From contig JANJGN010000105.1 in NCBI GenBank assembly GCA_026770705.1, forward strand, positions 248,001 through 312,000: 64,000 nt of DNA, read 5' to 3'. Below are positions 1-13,250 of this stretch, in pieces. The translations under genes were made by a program, and so were the position numbers. Position 1 is the stretch's first letter; the number at the start of each line of letters is the position of its first letter. Origin of the DNA: Isurus oxyrinchus. Its lineage: Eukaryota. Under the pieces are notes generated by a model. The model saw only the letters and a list, made by a program, of their open reading frames with translations. It was not told the DNA's origin and did not search any database.

Positions 1-419
1 GTTCGCAGTGTGGCGCCTCTGTGTGTACAAGGAGCTACATATATCAATACCAGAGCAGTGTTCTTTGCAGCCAGAAAGAACTTGTACACATAATGCTCCT
101 GTTTCAGTGAAACAAAATAAGTAATAGCCATTCCTTCCTTCTTTCCTCGGTGCAATGCCTTGGTGAATTGCAAGCTGCATTGTTTAAAATTTGAAAAAAT
201 GCAGTAGCCATCGACAGGTGCTTTCTCCATGACAACACCTCTATCAATCAGAGTCCACTTGCCAGTGACTGAGCACTCTCTCATCCGATAATATAAAGTT
301 GTTACTTCCCTGACTTTGCTAGTCTTGTGATTGTCATTTTCATTCTCATTTTAAGGCAAGGATCTTTGATAACATGCTTTTTTTCAGCATTAACCAATTT
401 ATGAACACATACAACAAAG

Positions 420-1000
420 ACTGTCTGTCCCCACACACCCTTCAGAGTTGTACACTTTATTTTATAATGACCTTCGATTTTCTTCCTACAAAAATTAATC
501 ACTTCACATCATTTTGTATTAAACTTCATCTGCCTCTAGTCCGGCCATTCCACCAACTTGTCGACGTCCCTTTGATGTTCTACACTATCCTCCACACATT
601 TTGGAATACCTCTAGGGTTTATATCTCTGCAAGGATTAACATTTTGTGCTATACTCAAGGGTCTCGCTCATTAATGCATCTCGGGAAAGCACGTGTCTCA
701 ACACTGATCCCTGGGGAACTCCAGTTCAAAGGTACATCCAGCACGAAAAGAAATCTATTCAGGAAAACTTTCCATTTCTTTTCGCTCAGGGAGTTCCGTC
801 TCCACCTTGTTACTGTTCCATTTCTTGCACGAGCTGCAAACTTGGTCACAAGTCTGTTGTGTTACATTGTGTCAAATGGTTTTTGGAAGACCATGGAGAC
901 CATATCAAAAGTCGTGCCCTTATCAAACGTCTCTGTTAGCTCTTTGAAAGAATCTACAGCAATTTCGTGGAACAAGATTTTCCATTAACGAATTCATACA
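420..1000 (-). mobile_element. CR1-type LINE reverse-transcriptase fragment (decayed)
   Basis: Minus-strand translation pieces resemble CR1 RT (KWKVFLNRF..., V..WSSPGISV ~ SGVPQGSVL, '...IND'); stops and frameshifts present. Confidence 0.7.
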
Positions 1001-1379
1001 TGCTAAGTGAAACAAGAGATTACAGTCCCCGTTCACTATAAGACAATGTAAAACAGTGGAGGAGGATGGCTTGGTCAACGCCATCTGCTGACAGACCCAG
1101 CAGTGCCCACATCCCAAGAGTGAATAAATAAAGTCACTTGATCTTACGCGCTGATAAAATAATGGAGCAGCGAAAATCATAGGGAGCAAATCGAATCTCA
1201 CAATATGCCGACCAGCAGTCCCCCTTACCGGCGAGGTGGACTCCTAAATTTCCCGTGTATGTTCATCAAATGATCCCGCTGGACAATTGTCAAAGCAAGG
1301 AGGAAATTCTCATTCTGTTACATAATCATTAAAATTGAGATATTCAACAGCTATCAGACAGCAGGAAATACTGACTTAC

Positions 1380-1449
1380 CAGGAGTACCAATGGCTACAA
1401 GCGCAGGATAGAAAATATCCTTGATCTGTAGAATTATAGGCCGTTCCAT
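1380..1449 (-). CDS. First coding exon of a GPR139-like class A GPCR (rest of gene lies left of the window)
   Basis: ATG at 1449 gives MERPIILQIKDIFYPALVAIGTP+G followed by a perfect donor GTAAGT at 1379 (phase 1). This matches the short N-terminus/TM1-start exon of GPR139/142-like receptors (..I.YP.L...G.P|AN). Confidence 0.8.
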
Positions 1450-1524
1450 TCTTTTGAAGAATCTTCGCCTCCTGTCCTGTTTTGCAGTTCAATTTGGAAT
1501 GTATCTGAGTTCCTTAAGACATCC

Positions 1525-1532
1525 CTTTTATA
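1525..1532 (-). promoter_or_regulatory. TATA box (TATAAAAG) of the GPR139-like gene
   Basis: Consensus TATAAAAG on the minus strand about 75 nt upstream of the ATG at 1449. Confidence 0.55.
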
Positions 1533-2479
1533 GCACAATCCGTGCCCAGTTGAGAAAAGCAGCTTGCATAACATTTGATGTTAGTTCCAGTCCCTTAACA
1601 AACAAAAAGCGCTTCCGCTTCAGTGAATTCAGAACGGCAAAGGCAAAGTTGAGCATCTCAGTCCACCAAAGGCCTGCCATTGAAATTGATCACCAGAATG
1701 AAATCCCAATGGAAATGTGCCTCAACGTATTCATGATAATGTAGTGGATCAGCATTTCAACGACTCAACAAAGGCTCTGGATCTAGATTAGAACCCTTTT
1801 AGATCTAGTAGTGTGCAATGAGGGCGGTTTAATTAATAATCTTATAAAACGCGATTTCTAAGGCAGACTGAAAATAATAAGGTAGAAGTTTAGATTTTGT
1901 TTTTGTAAATGACTTGTTATACGCTGGATCTCGGATAATGACTCTCAAAATAGCAAACAAATAGCTTTTGAATGCGAGCTGTCAAATGTAGGTTGGGTCA
2001 CCATTGTTAAAGATATGATTGTGGACAAACAATGGTACTCATTAAAATAATTATTGTACAATTTTAAACACGTATACATACATTTAAGTTGTATCAGCCC
2101 CAAGACAAAAGAAGAACAGCGCAGCTGTTACGAACAAGAGTGGTTAAATATACCATAGTAAAAAAACCGCGGGAATGGAAAGCTTTTAGATTTCAGCCAA
2201 ATAGGATCTACAATTTACAAGGAATCAGTAAAGCGAATATGATACTACACCAACTGCTAACTTTTAAAAAAAAGTTTGTAAACATTTCTATAAATTATGC
2301 AGATGAGAAAAAAATAATCGTGAGAGTAAACATTGACCCTTTGGACTCAGAGAAAGGTGGAATTATGATTGGGAATGGGGATCTGGCTCCAAAAGGATTC
2401 AGAATAAACCTGAAACCAAATATCAAGTGAATATATTGAACTTGTGTAAATCTGTACCAGAAAAGAAACATTTCTAGAG

Positions 2480-3131
2480 ACATTCTTGGGGCTAGGTTGC
2501 AAGTAATCTCCTAGACCTTTCCACTTACAACATGGAGTTTTACAGCAGAGGTAGCTGCAAAGATAGCAGATGTATTGGACTCGATCTTTCAGAATTACTT
2601 AGAATCCAGAACAGTTACCAAGGATTGGAAGGTAACGAACCCCGATAGTTAGGAAGGGAGCAAGAAAGAAAGCGGGGACCTATGAGCTTAACATCACTGC
2701 TGGGCAAAATGATATTTTCTTTTCTTTTCGGGATGTGCTAATAGAACACTTGGAAAATCTCAATGTAATTCAATAACTCAACACAATTTGTGCAGGGGAA
2801 ATTGATTACGGCAATCTTATCAGTGTCTTTGAGGATGTAACTGTGAGGAGGATAAAGGGAACACAATTGAATGCACTAAATTTGGATTTTCAGAAAGCAT
2901 CCATTAAAGTATCCTTAGAGGTTCTTACGCAAACTTAGAAATTATGGGATTTGGCGTCAATACTGGCATGGAAAATGCATCCGTAAATGGACAGACAACA
3001 GAAAGTAGGAAGAAAAGTGACATTTTCACCTTGGCAGGGTATAATTAGTAGGGTGCTGGATGGATGAATACATCGGGCTCAGCTATGTACATTCTATAGT
3101 AATGGCTGAGATGATGGAACTGAATTCAAAG
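2480..3131 (+). mobile_element. CR1 LINE RT fragment, cut at its 3' side by a Gypsy LTR
   Basis: Decayed CR1 motifs (DWKV.N, LTS..GK, LDFQKA.., W.....RQQKV, TSGV); ends abruptly at 3131. Confidence 0.7.
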
Positions 3132-4650
3132 TGTAGGGTCAGGCTGTTTCCCACAGCAAGAGTTCATGTGAGACTGGAAAAGACCACCATCACATTGTGA
3201 TATAAAGAGTCACATAACATAAACCTGGGATAGGAAGGTTCGGACATCAGAAAGACATGAACTAGAGGCTCGTGTAGAAAACGGCATGAAGGTAGCTCTT
3301 AGTCTGGGCTATACTGGTGCTTATGTATATCAGCGTGTGTTACCAATAAACAGTGACTGCTCAACAGTTGAACTTTCTTTGTAAGACCAATGGACAGAAC
3401 CCTTACAAATTGGTGACAAATAATGACCGAACCAAGAACTCAAGACAAGCTGGGGAAAGACCCCAAAATCTAAAAAACTAAAGGAACCATATCCTGACCT
3501 GACAAATTCACCAAACCTGAAGAGCACAGCTGGAGATCGCCTAAAAAGAAACCCCATTACAGAACTGGAGGCTCAAGGGCGGAAGAGAATTCCACTGTGT
3601 AGCTGAAGGACTCCAGCAGAGCACGTCGCAGACATTGTGAATCCCCATCCAATACAGAGTCAAATAATCTAGGCAGATCGCAACGGTGAGCAAGCTAATA
3701 ATATTTCAAAAACCGGTCCAAAAGCCGAACGGGTATTTAAAATCTTGAGGGCATTAATCAGACAGTACAGTCTACTTCCTCAGTCACCGTGCCCAGCCAA
3801 AGTCCAGAGTCAGCGGCCTAGAACTGTTGAAATAAAAACGTTTGATGCCTCAGTGAAAGCCGGAAAACACCTTTGATCAATTGAATACTATACTCTCGGA
3901 AATTCGCGAGAAGACCCAAACGTTCGATTCAATACCTTGCTGCAAAGAAAATAGATCATTTTGAGGTTGGGTGCGACATCGCCACTGGAGCCCGCCAAAA
4001 CCCAAAAGCGCGGGATGAAGTGAACTAAACGGTTACTGCAGAGCCATCTTTAAAAGTGCAAAAGCAATTAAATCAGAAAACCCTTCTGCTGAAAGAAAAA
4101 CAGCCATGGATAATAAATCAGATCTGCCAGGTCGATCTTTGCTGACCCAAGGAGCAAATCAGGCACAGAATTGGTGGCATTGGCGGACATTTTTAAAAGA
4201 TTTACGATAGCTTTAGGGTTAGATAAGGAGACACAGACTGAAGAACTGAAAACACTGTTATAATCAGAAGGTCCGATAACCGATGACGTCATTGTGAGCC
4301 AAGGAATACATGAATCTCCGGGTAAATTTGAAGCTGTTCTGAAATCTTTCGATACCTATTTTAACTTAAGAAGGATTATAAATTTATCCTGAGGAAAGGT
4401 CAACAACAAGTCCAACAACCTGGAGAGCCCATTGGCCTCCTGGACCTCGTGCTTCCGATAACGGCCCGCAATTCACTAGTGAAGACTTCACTCAGTTCCC
4501 ATCCATTATGGATTTCAACAACTTAACTGCTCCCCAAATTTCCCACAATCAAATGGTGAGGTGGAAAGAGGCGGCGCACCGTTAAACCTCCTTGTGAGAT
4601 ATAGAAAGTATCTCCCATAGACGCTTTGAACATTGAGATCAAACTTGCTT
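3132..4650 (+). mobile_element. Internally deleted Gypsy LTR retrotransposon: 5' LTR (3132-3407), PBS-like TGGTGAC (3411), gag relic (~4100-4430), integrase relic (~4440-4620)
   Basis: LTR bounded by TGTAGGG...CCCTTACA with internal TATAAA and AATAAA. Gag-like FKRFTIALGLDKETQTEELKTLL...KFEAVLKSFDTYFNLRR; integrase SDNGPQFTSEDF...YGF...SPNFPQSNGEVER. Confidence 0.8.
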
Positions 4651-4959
4651 CAGTGCAACAGGTAGGAGCAGAACAATGTACCGCATGATCTTAGTAGAAC
4701 TTATTTCTCCTAGTTTCTGTTACCAATCTGAAACTGTTTACGTTTTGGCATATTGTATTCCACCTGCCTTGTTCTTTCCCATACACTCAGCCCATCCATC
4801 TCTCAGCAAATTTTCTGCATTATCTCCAATACGCACTTTCCCGCCATTTTTCATCGTCAGTTAACTTGGATTCCTTGTGCTGTAAGAGTTCTTTTCAGTA
4901 GGTGTTCAGACGCTTGCAATGTTGAACAATAACCGTTTGTTGGCAACACATAACTGAAC

Positions 4960-5025
4960 TGTGCATGTGTGTGTGTGCGCGCGTGTGTATGTGCGCTTAC
5001 TTGCATGTGTGTGTGTTTCTGTGTG
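4960..5025. repeat. (TG)n/(CG)n microsatellite
   Basis: gtgcatgtgtgtgtgtgcgcgcgtgtgtatgtgcg...tgtgtgtgtgt. Confidence 0.85.
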
Positions 5026-5639
5026 GTTCTGTACAAACTGTAGCCCAGATAAGAGCTATCTCCACGCTGAAATCTACTCAGGTCTCCTGACCATGCCTGT
5101 CCCATGCTCTAACCTGTCTATCTTAGGCATACTGTCATGTCACTCTTTCTATCAAGCTGTGAGCAGTACTGCTTTCCAGCCTCACATTAACTCTTGCTAT
5201 GCCAAACATACTCGCAGTACCTTTCTCTCCACACTTAACCCAACAGAATTGGAGTACAATATTTTTTACAGCTGCACTTTCTCCTTGTTCAAGCCGATGA
5301 CTTTATAGGTTCAGACAGTCAGGAGACCTGACAATTCTTCCAGATCCCATTCTGGTCACATCTGGAGTGTTATAAGCCCAGTTGTTTTGCGCCAGGTTTG
5401 TTGGTTTGGAGTTGAAAAATCAGAGTATCCTTTGTCTCTGGCACATTGTTTTATACATTCATGGGATGTGGCAGCCGTCTGCCTAGGCCAGTGTGTATTA
5501 CCCATCACCAATTGCCCTTGATAAGGTGGTGCTGAGCTGCTTTATTGAACCGCATCAATTAATGTGATGCAGGTAAATCCACTTGATTGTACCTGATTAG
5601 TTTAAAAGTATGGTAGGAGGTTCTCCTCAATGGTTGAGG

Positions 5640-5960
5640 AGGAGAATCCTGTTCCGGCGCATTGTACCTTCTGGAGTATATAACAGTAATTATCTAGTTT
5701 AATCTTCTTCTCCCCAGGATATGATGCCCGGTCTTTCCGGGTTCCTGGTCCGAACCTTGTCATTTCTGCTTAATTGGAGCAGTATCTTGGTGCAGTATTT
5801 CATACTGTAGGCAGAACAGTGCATGTTCATAGGACGATTCTCGGTCCTGAACTTCCTTCTGGTCCCTGACTTCCAGAATAACATAGAGATCCAACCTGCC
5901 AGGATTTCTGTCTCCTTACCTAAGGAAGGGCAGCTTTCCCTCACAGAAAGGACAATGCAT
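5640..5960 (-). mobile_element. Gypsy pol C-terminal (post-integrase) fragment
   Basis: Minus translation ...LLQLSRNDKVRTRNPERPGII...LLYTPEGTMRRNRILL resembles the Gypsy 'L..G..V.....PRSY.V.T..G..RRNR.HL' tail. Confidence 0.55.
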
Positions 5961-6759
5961 CATCATTAGACTGGTTCATGGGAGGAGATGATTTTGTGCA
6001 AAGAGGGACTGATTAAGCTAGACCTGTACTCAGTTGACCGGCCTGCTTTGAAAACTTTATTTTCTGTAAGATTTAAATCTCAGGCCACTCCAGCTTAGAG
6101 AATTGCGGGAGATCCCAGAGTCAGGAGATGCGAAAAGAGCTCCATCATCTCAGTGCTGACCAGTAGCTCCATCTGCCAACTATATAACAGCAGCAGATTT
6201 AACAAAGACTATTCTAGCTTCCACTCCATCGACTGCTGGTAACGCACTTAGCGTCAGATAGCTCCTGATTAAGAATTTACTGGCAGATCATAGACTCACA
6301 ATAGCATAAGATATCGGCAGGGGTGCTCCAGAGTCGCCTGAGTTATGGATGGTCGTGATATCTTCCTGTGATAACGCTGCAAATATAAGTTATTCAACAG
6401 CGGGCAGAGATGACAATAACCTCACAAACAACCCTTATTACAGCTCTGGTGAGGAAGTTCGGGGCATGATTTATGTTTCTAACTATTCAAAAAGATACGA
6501 TGACACTTCATCTATTGCCGCCATCTTATTCTTGCTCCAGGAGTTCTGTTTATTCATCTGCCAAAGTGATTTTTACTGACATGACCCCAGAATTTTATCT
6601 GCTTTCATTTTATGAAGGAGCACAGTTTGATGTTGAACTGAATGAGTCACAGGCATCAACCAATATTCTCCGGGTTATCCGCTTCTCACTCCACAGGGCC
6701 AAGCCACTTCTAGCGTCACGGGTGAATGGATAAAATGAAAAGCAAACATCTCTGCATTA

Positions 6760-6935
6760 ACCTCTGTCTCTTCTCCAGCTCTCTCTCCCTCGATATCCCT
6801 CTATCTCTCTCTTTCCATTTTTCTCCCTCTGGCTCTCTATGTGACTCTCCCTCTCAACACCCAACATCCTCGCGCCCCTACAACCCGTCTCTCTCTCTCA
6901 CACACACACAAACACAGACACAAACACAAAGACAA
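6760..6935. repeat. CT-rich plus (CA)n low-complexity tract
   Basis: ctctctccctc...ctctctctcacacacacacaaacacagaca. Confidence 0.7.
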
Positions 6936-7149
6936 ATTGATGCTAACACACTTTTTTCCCTATTCTGGCCCAAGCGAATTGAAATGAAATATTTTCAGAA
7001 AGCCGAAGTGACTGCCTTTAAAGAGATTGTCTGGGTCAAGTCCTGGTTCCTTGCCACGATTGGGAAAATATGGCCAGACAAAACCAAAGATTTTCGACGA
7101 GGAAATATGTATCAAGAAGAATAATAGAAGTAAAGGCTGTCAGATTGTT

Positions 7150-8140
7150 TGCTTTTTATTCCTCCACGTGATAAGGGCTAGCTGGCTGGGCCAGCCTATA
7201 TTGCCCAACCTAATTGTCAATGAGCAGTTGATTGTGTGCTCCCTTCATGATCCGCCGCACTTCCTGTGGTGTAGGTACACGCACAGTTCTGTTAGGGATG
7301 GAGCTGCAGGATTCTGACCACGTGACAGTCAAGGAAATGCAATATATTTCCGAGTCAGGATGGTGAGTGACTTGGACCGGAACGTCCAGGTGGAATTGCT
7401 TCCATTGGAGGTGCTTCCATTTATCTGCTGCCCTTCTCCTTCTAGATGGTAGTGGTCGTGGGTTTGGAAGTTGCTGCCTTCAGGAGCCTTGCTGAATCCT
7501 TGCAGTGCATCCTGTAGATGGTAGACACTGCTTATGTCATCCGTCAGTGGCGGAGGGAGTGAATGTGTGTGTGTGTTGTCTCTCAAGCAGGCTGCGTGGA
7601 ACTGGACCGTGTCAAATTACTTGAGTGTTGTGGGATATGCACTCATCCAGTCAAGTGGGTATTGTCCCATCATACTTCTGACTTGTGCCTTGTAGATTAC
7701 AGACAGGCTCTCAGGAGGCATGGAGTGAGTTACTCGTCTCTGGATCCACAGCCTCTGACCTGCTCTTGTAGGCACAGTATTTATATAGCTAGTCCAGTTC
7801 AGTTTCTGGTCAATGTTAACCCTAGATTGTTGATTCTGGGGATTCACTGAAGTGCAGTCGGATGTCAAGGGGCGATGGTTAGATTATCTCTTGGTGGAGA
7901 TTATCATCATCTGTCACTTATGTGCTGTAAATGTTACTTTCCATTTGTCAGCCCAAGCCTGGATATTGTCCAGGTCTTGTTGCATTTGGCCATGGACTGC
8001 TTCAGTATCCGAGGAGTCAGGAATGGTGCTGAAAATTTTGCAATCATCAGCGAACATCTCCACTTCTGACCTTATGATGGACGGAAGATCATTGTTGAAA
8101 CAACTGATGATGGTTTGGCCGAGCACATGACCCTGAGGAC
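7150..8140 (-). mobile_element. CR1-clade LINE, RT C-terminus to 3' UTR
   Basis: ORF 7914-8126 LG.TIISCFNNDLPSIIRSEVEMFADDCKIF...QQDLDNIQAWADKWKVTF (FADD motif); ORF 7617-7868 IDQKLNWTSYIN...IYKAQVRS. Confidence 0.9.
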
Positions 8141-8289
8141 ACTACACCGCAAGTGAAAACCATGGAAAATAATAGAAAATTAATTGGGGAAGTGAAGAAT
8201 AAATACAGGTAGAAAAGAGCGACTGGGAGAATAGCAGTTTTTTTCTCTATGGATATAAATAAAAAAGTTGTGAAAACAGGAACGGGCAA

Positions 8290-9080
8290 TATAAACTGGT
8301 TTTAATTAAATGTTGATAATTCACAGGATTGGTTTAGGGGCAAGGTGATGAGGAAAATAAGTTTGGAAATTGTGGAGGGCATTGGGCTGCAAATTTCCAA
8401 TCCTGCTTAGTTATAACGGATGATGCTAGAGGATTGTAGAATTACAATTATTATAGCATTGTTCACAAAATGTAACTAATTATTATTTTGTAAATCACAC
8501 ACGCACCAGTTTAACCTCAAGTGGTGGAAGAGCTTTTGGAAATGATATTAAGAGACAAAATGCATTACCACATAGATAAGTGCGGATTCTTCAAGGAAAA
8601 CATATCTCAATGTGTTAAAAGCAGAATGCATTCAGTTAACTTGATTGTTTTGGGAAGAAGGCAGTCAGTGGAGCATGGGCACCAGGTCCGCTGAATGATA
8701 GGAAACAAAGAGCTGCGGTGATTTGCTATATAATAGGATTCTCCAGCCATCAGCAGTATAATCAATGCTGATTTTCTCCAACATAGGACGGAGGCGTCAA
8801 CGTGGAGGGCATCATTTCATAATTTGTGGATGACACAAAACTCAAAAGTGTTGTGAAATTCAGAGGAGCATAATCATAAACTTCCAGAGGACAGAGGTAG
8901 GCTGAAGAGACAGATGCCATGAAGTGAAATTTAATGCGGAGAAGAGTGAAGCTGTACATTATTTCAGGGAGAGCGAGGAAATGCGATATAATGTACACTA
9001 GTCAACGCTAAATGAGATACAGGAGCCGAGGGCGCTGGAGAAATGGCTGCACCAACCATTGAAGTTGAAAGGGCATGTCG
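8290..9080 (+). mobile_element. CR1 LINE fragment (heavily decayed)
   Basis: LTS.VG.LLE.IL, 'FVDDTKL' (FADDTK), KFNAEKS...HF motifs. Confidence 0.65.
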
Positions 9081-9129
9081 GGACGTTAACTAAATTCAGC
9101 GTAAAATCAACTGGGTCCACCGACTCTGC

Positions 9130-9640
9130 GTTGGATTTTCAATTCACTCCGAGCATTCGGCGGAGTTGCAAGGAGAGGGAACTGGAAGATCTTTCTACCT
9201 GGATTTCAGTAAGAGATTTGTTGTGTTTATAGCAAATATGGTAACAACTAAACAGCACGAAAAATAATCCAACTACAGTCGTCATGTATGCGTTGATCTC
9301 AGGGACAGTCGGCTCGCAGCACCGCTTGACAGAAGAGAAGGCAACTCTTTGGAGAGTTCTCACTGCTTTCCGCTAGTATTTGCGCTGTGCTGAGTGTTCT
9401 TCATAAGAAGGGAAACCGAGTTAAATTTAATTCCAAAATGTTGTACGGCGAATGCGTTCGTAACTCAGTTCGTGAATTATGTGTCGCCGACAATTATCTG
9501 GGCTATGAAGTACATTTTGCAATAAAGGTTTTTTGTTCCATTCGGACGTGGTTTAAAGTAATTAGCAAGAAATTATTACCCTCTTGTACGACGCTTGTAA
9601 AGCACATAGAAGCAAATGATTTTAGTGCCTCCAGCTGAAC
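9130..9640 (-). repeat. Inverted copy of the module at ~13400-13900 / ~30985-31262
   Basis: Reverse complement aligns by eye to 13500-13890; ORF 9139-9363 is homologous to ORF 13646-13894. Confidence 0.65.
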
Positions 9641-11029
9641 AGTCGATGTAGAGACAGTCATTAAGGATGTGGAGAGTACACAAGGAGCAGATCATTCAGG
9701 AATCCAGCGAGCAATCGGCGTTTTTTCTAGGTGGTGAGAAACCGGGGACCGTAGAGAAGCAAAAGGATTTCGATCTACAGGTACAGAGCTCACTAATCGC
9801 CAATGCACATGCGCAAACAATCATTTTAAGATCTGAACTTCCAGGCTGTCATATCCGAGGTGCCACTCATTCCAATAGATTGTCTTAAATTTGCAGATCT
9901 ATGTAACAGACGGAGTGGCATACAAGCTAGAAGCGAGTTTTGTAATGGAATATTGCGAATTGCATCCTAATATTTTGCTGTGAACATGATTTTGGGGGCC
10001 GCAAATGCATTAGGAATTCTTTATCTGTGATGGTGCTGCATGATGGCGCAAATTGAAGCAGCTTCTCGCTATTTAATCTAACACTAGAGTATAACAAGAT
10101 AGAAACCTCGATCAATCTACCCTTCATTCTTCTTTTCTCAAGATATTAGAAACAGTTAGAAGCCCTGAAAACGAAACAAAGTTGCAGGGAACTTCGAGGG
10201 ATTGACACGAGGTGAATGTCCCCTTCAGAGAACCAGCACAGAACGGACTGGAGGAACATAAGAAATATCAGGCAGTTTTATAATGTACTTCTACTTCTCT
10301 ATAATTCACGAACTTACTGGATGATCTGCTGCCTCAATTACACCATTCTGAGACTCGGGTATCCGGCCTCCATTGACCATATTTCCCATAGCTGTCTAAC
10401 TAGAGTCATTACAGCGTCTATTTTTTCCATTTCCTTCTTTGTATTTCACCCCCTACAACGCGTTTCCCTGACAGAAAGACCGGCAGCCTCCCTTTGGCTT
10501 GATTTCACAAATCTTCCAACTTGCATCAACTATTCGCTCCTAACCAGTGGCTTGTGTATCAGGATTGTTGTTATTCTGGTATGTGCATTAGACCTTCAAA
10601 GCTTTGAAGAGTGTGTTTATTTCAGGGAGCTATTAAGTTGCAGAAATTGTAGTGGGAAGCTCTAAAGTCACAGGAATGGTTTTCACGAGTGGGTAAATGA
10701 TTTCTAATGGTGTTTGTTGTAGCAATGTGTAATATCATCCCCTTGAAATGAAGACAGCTCATTCGGAGTAATGTTTTAATTGCGTGAATCACTAAGTGTA
10801 GGTTTCTAAATCGATCTGCAAGCCGGGGAGCATGATTAAAAAGATCCACCATGCGCCCCTCCCCATTCTTTCCTGCATAACGTGTGGTAACATAGACCAG
10901 TCAACCTCTTCCCTTGCTCTGCAAAACCCGTAATAAATCAAAGTGCTTCCTTAAGTAAACACCTCCAAAGGTAATATTGGTCCATTCGGGCTTCATAATA
11001 TTGGCATAGAAACGAAAATGCTTTTTTCG

Positions 11030-11480
11030 GGCTTTGTTATTTTGATGTAAACTTCATAACATCTGCCTCCATGTGATGTTTTGCTGGGTTTTACTGATTT
11101 AGTTTTATCACTTTCCTATCTTTATTCCTTCATGTTACTTTCGGACGGTTGCTATGCAGCCATTCACAGCCCCATGTGGCCATATCTTTTGTTTCTTTAC
11201 CATGCCCATTACAATTATCTGTGGTTTTTGCATCAAGAACCCTTTTCCCTCCTGCCCTCCACTCTCACAGATATTCGCTTTGTACATCCCGACCCTTCCA
11301 CCTCTCCACATGATTAACATTTACTATATTTATATCTTTCTTCAACTCTGATGAAAAGTCATCGACCTGAACAGTTCACTCTGTTGCCTCCACAGGTGTT
11401 CCCTGATCGGCTGAGTATCTCCAGGATGTTTTTGTTTAATATTTCCAGCAATCGCTCTGCTTTGCCTTACTGTCTGAAAA
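11030..11480 (+). mobile_element. Penelope-like element 3' end with degenerate hammerhead core (11348-11376)
   Basis: CTGATGA-AAAGTC-ATC-GACCT-GAACAGTT followed by the same tail (ctccacagg..ctgagtatctccagga..tt) as the GIY-YIG-bearing copy at 50005-50685. Confidence 0.6.
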
Positions 11481-12829
11481 GATGGTGGAATCATATTGAA
11501 TCTAGATTCAAAGAGAAGTAATTTGCAGTGTGATGGAGGAACCTGGGTTGTGGAATATAATTGACAGCTCCTTCCAAGAACAGGCACAGAGTAGATGGGC
11601 CGACAGGCCTCCTTCTGAACTGCAGGATTTGATAAATCAGGATTTTAATTTCTGCGTTGACTGGGAGATTAGAAAATCGCTGAAGACGTGAAGACGATGA
11701 TCAAATGGTTCCAGGTAAATGCCTGATGTTTTGTACCGAACAAGTAATACATGTAACAAGATTCCATGCATAACACAGGTCTACAAATCACTACTATGGT
11801 AACTCCTAAAACCCCTAATTAATTTGGCTTCCACTTACAGCCCCGTTAAGGCATCAGTAAAAACCAGTATATTTAATCAGATCCCAGAAAGTCGACACAA
11901 TACCCCGGGCAGAAGTATTCAAAGTGGCTTTCCCAACCGTCGGTCTGTGTAGACAGTAGGTTTGATGCACAAATATTGAAGACTGTTTGCACTTCCAGCC
12001 GGTCATAGAATGCCTCACCCTAGCAAAATTCTCCTTTATAAATGTTTGTCCCTTTTAATGTAAGCCCCGTTGTTCCCATATGTCATTGGAACTTCACATT
12101 TCTCATAATATGAATCATTCCATAGTGCGAATATTATCAGGAACTAATGGGGAAAAAAAAAAACCAAGTCTACCTTCGGTGGCTATATGTAACAGGCTAC
12201 GATCTCTTTGAAATTCAAGCTACCTTAACTGATTTAAAACTGCAAATTCTCCTCACGTCACATTCTAAGAATTCAGCCACATTTTCACAATTTTCATTTC
12301 AAATCTGGCGTCTTTTGATGAGTCAAACCCTCCAGACCAGCTGGCTCCTATTCAAGTTAATCTCATACACACACAGGAAAACTAATCAAACCGTATTATG
12401 AGCGACTTTTACAATAAATTATGATAATGTTATGAGAACTATTGTGCTTCCATGACACCTGGAAATCTCTCCCTTAACCTCTTTCCTCCATTACCTCTCT
12501 CTTATTCTTTCAAATACTCGTTCAAATCTAACTATTTGAGCGGACAACTGCGCATTTCCCCAAATACCTCCTTGTGAAATGTGGTTTTAAATCTTGATAT
12601 ATAACGCTCCTTTCAAACGCCTTAGCAAGGGGAGGGGTGGGGGGCGAGGGTGCTATTTTGTGAAATGCAACAGATACATTCAAGATTCTGCTGTGTTGTT
12701 CAGCTGAGTGGACTTCAACACTTAATTGTGTGGATCCGTTAAAAGTGATTTTTGATCTTTGTTCAGAGCTCGCAGTGTGGAAAATTGATGAAGGTCACTG
12801 CTGAATTTAGGATGACGAGAATTAGCTAT

Positions 12830-13250
12830 AGCGGCAGATAGCACAGGCTATCCACGTTCATCATGCTGGACTTCCACCATCGATTTCCTAACGAATGATT
12901 GACACAGTTCCAGCATAACCTCCCTGCAAGTATGTTCTAAGCCTTGGCTTATAAACGAATGGATTCCACATGACTTCTTAAACACCTTATCGTCCTGTCT
13001 TGTAACATTCAAGGATTTGTGGAGATTCACTCCAATGTCCTTCACTTCCTCTACACCTCCTAATATTCGATTAATTAATTGTGTAATCCCTGCGACTTGT
13101 TTGAGCTGCATTACATCGCTCTCCTCCGCGTTCAATTCCATTTGGCATTTTTCTGTCCATCTAACCAGTCAATTAACAACTTCCCGCTATCAAACCTCCT
13201 CACTATCAAACAAAGCCAACTTTCACATTGCTTGAAAAATCCCTGATGTT
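12830..13250 (-). mobile_element. CR1 LINE fragment
   Basis: ORF 12848-13141 ILGGVEEVKDIGVNLHKSLNVTRQDDKV.KK..GI..FISQGLE..REVMLEL..SFVR. Confidence 0.8.

Noticed and set aside
374-988. 204-aa plus-strand ORF, the longest in the track
   Set aside because: Antisense to a decayed CR1 RT fragment; no protein-like features.
11740-12380. Possible solo LTR on the minus strand
   Set aside because: TATA-like motif only; TG..CA ends and a TSD could not be defined.
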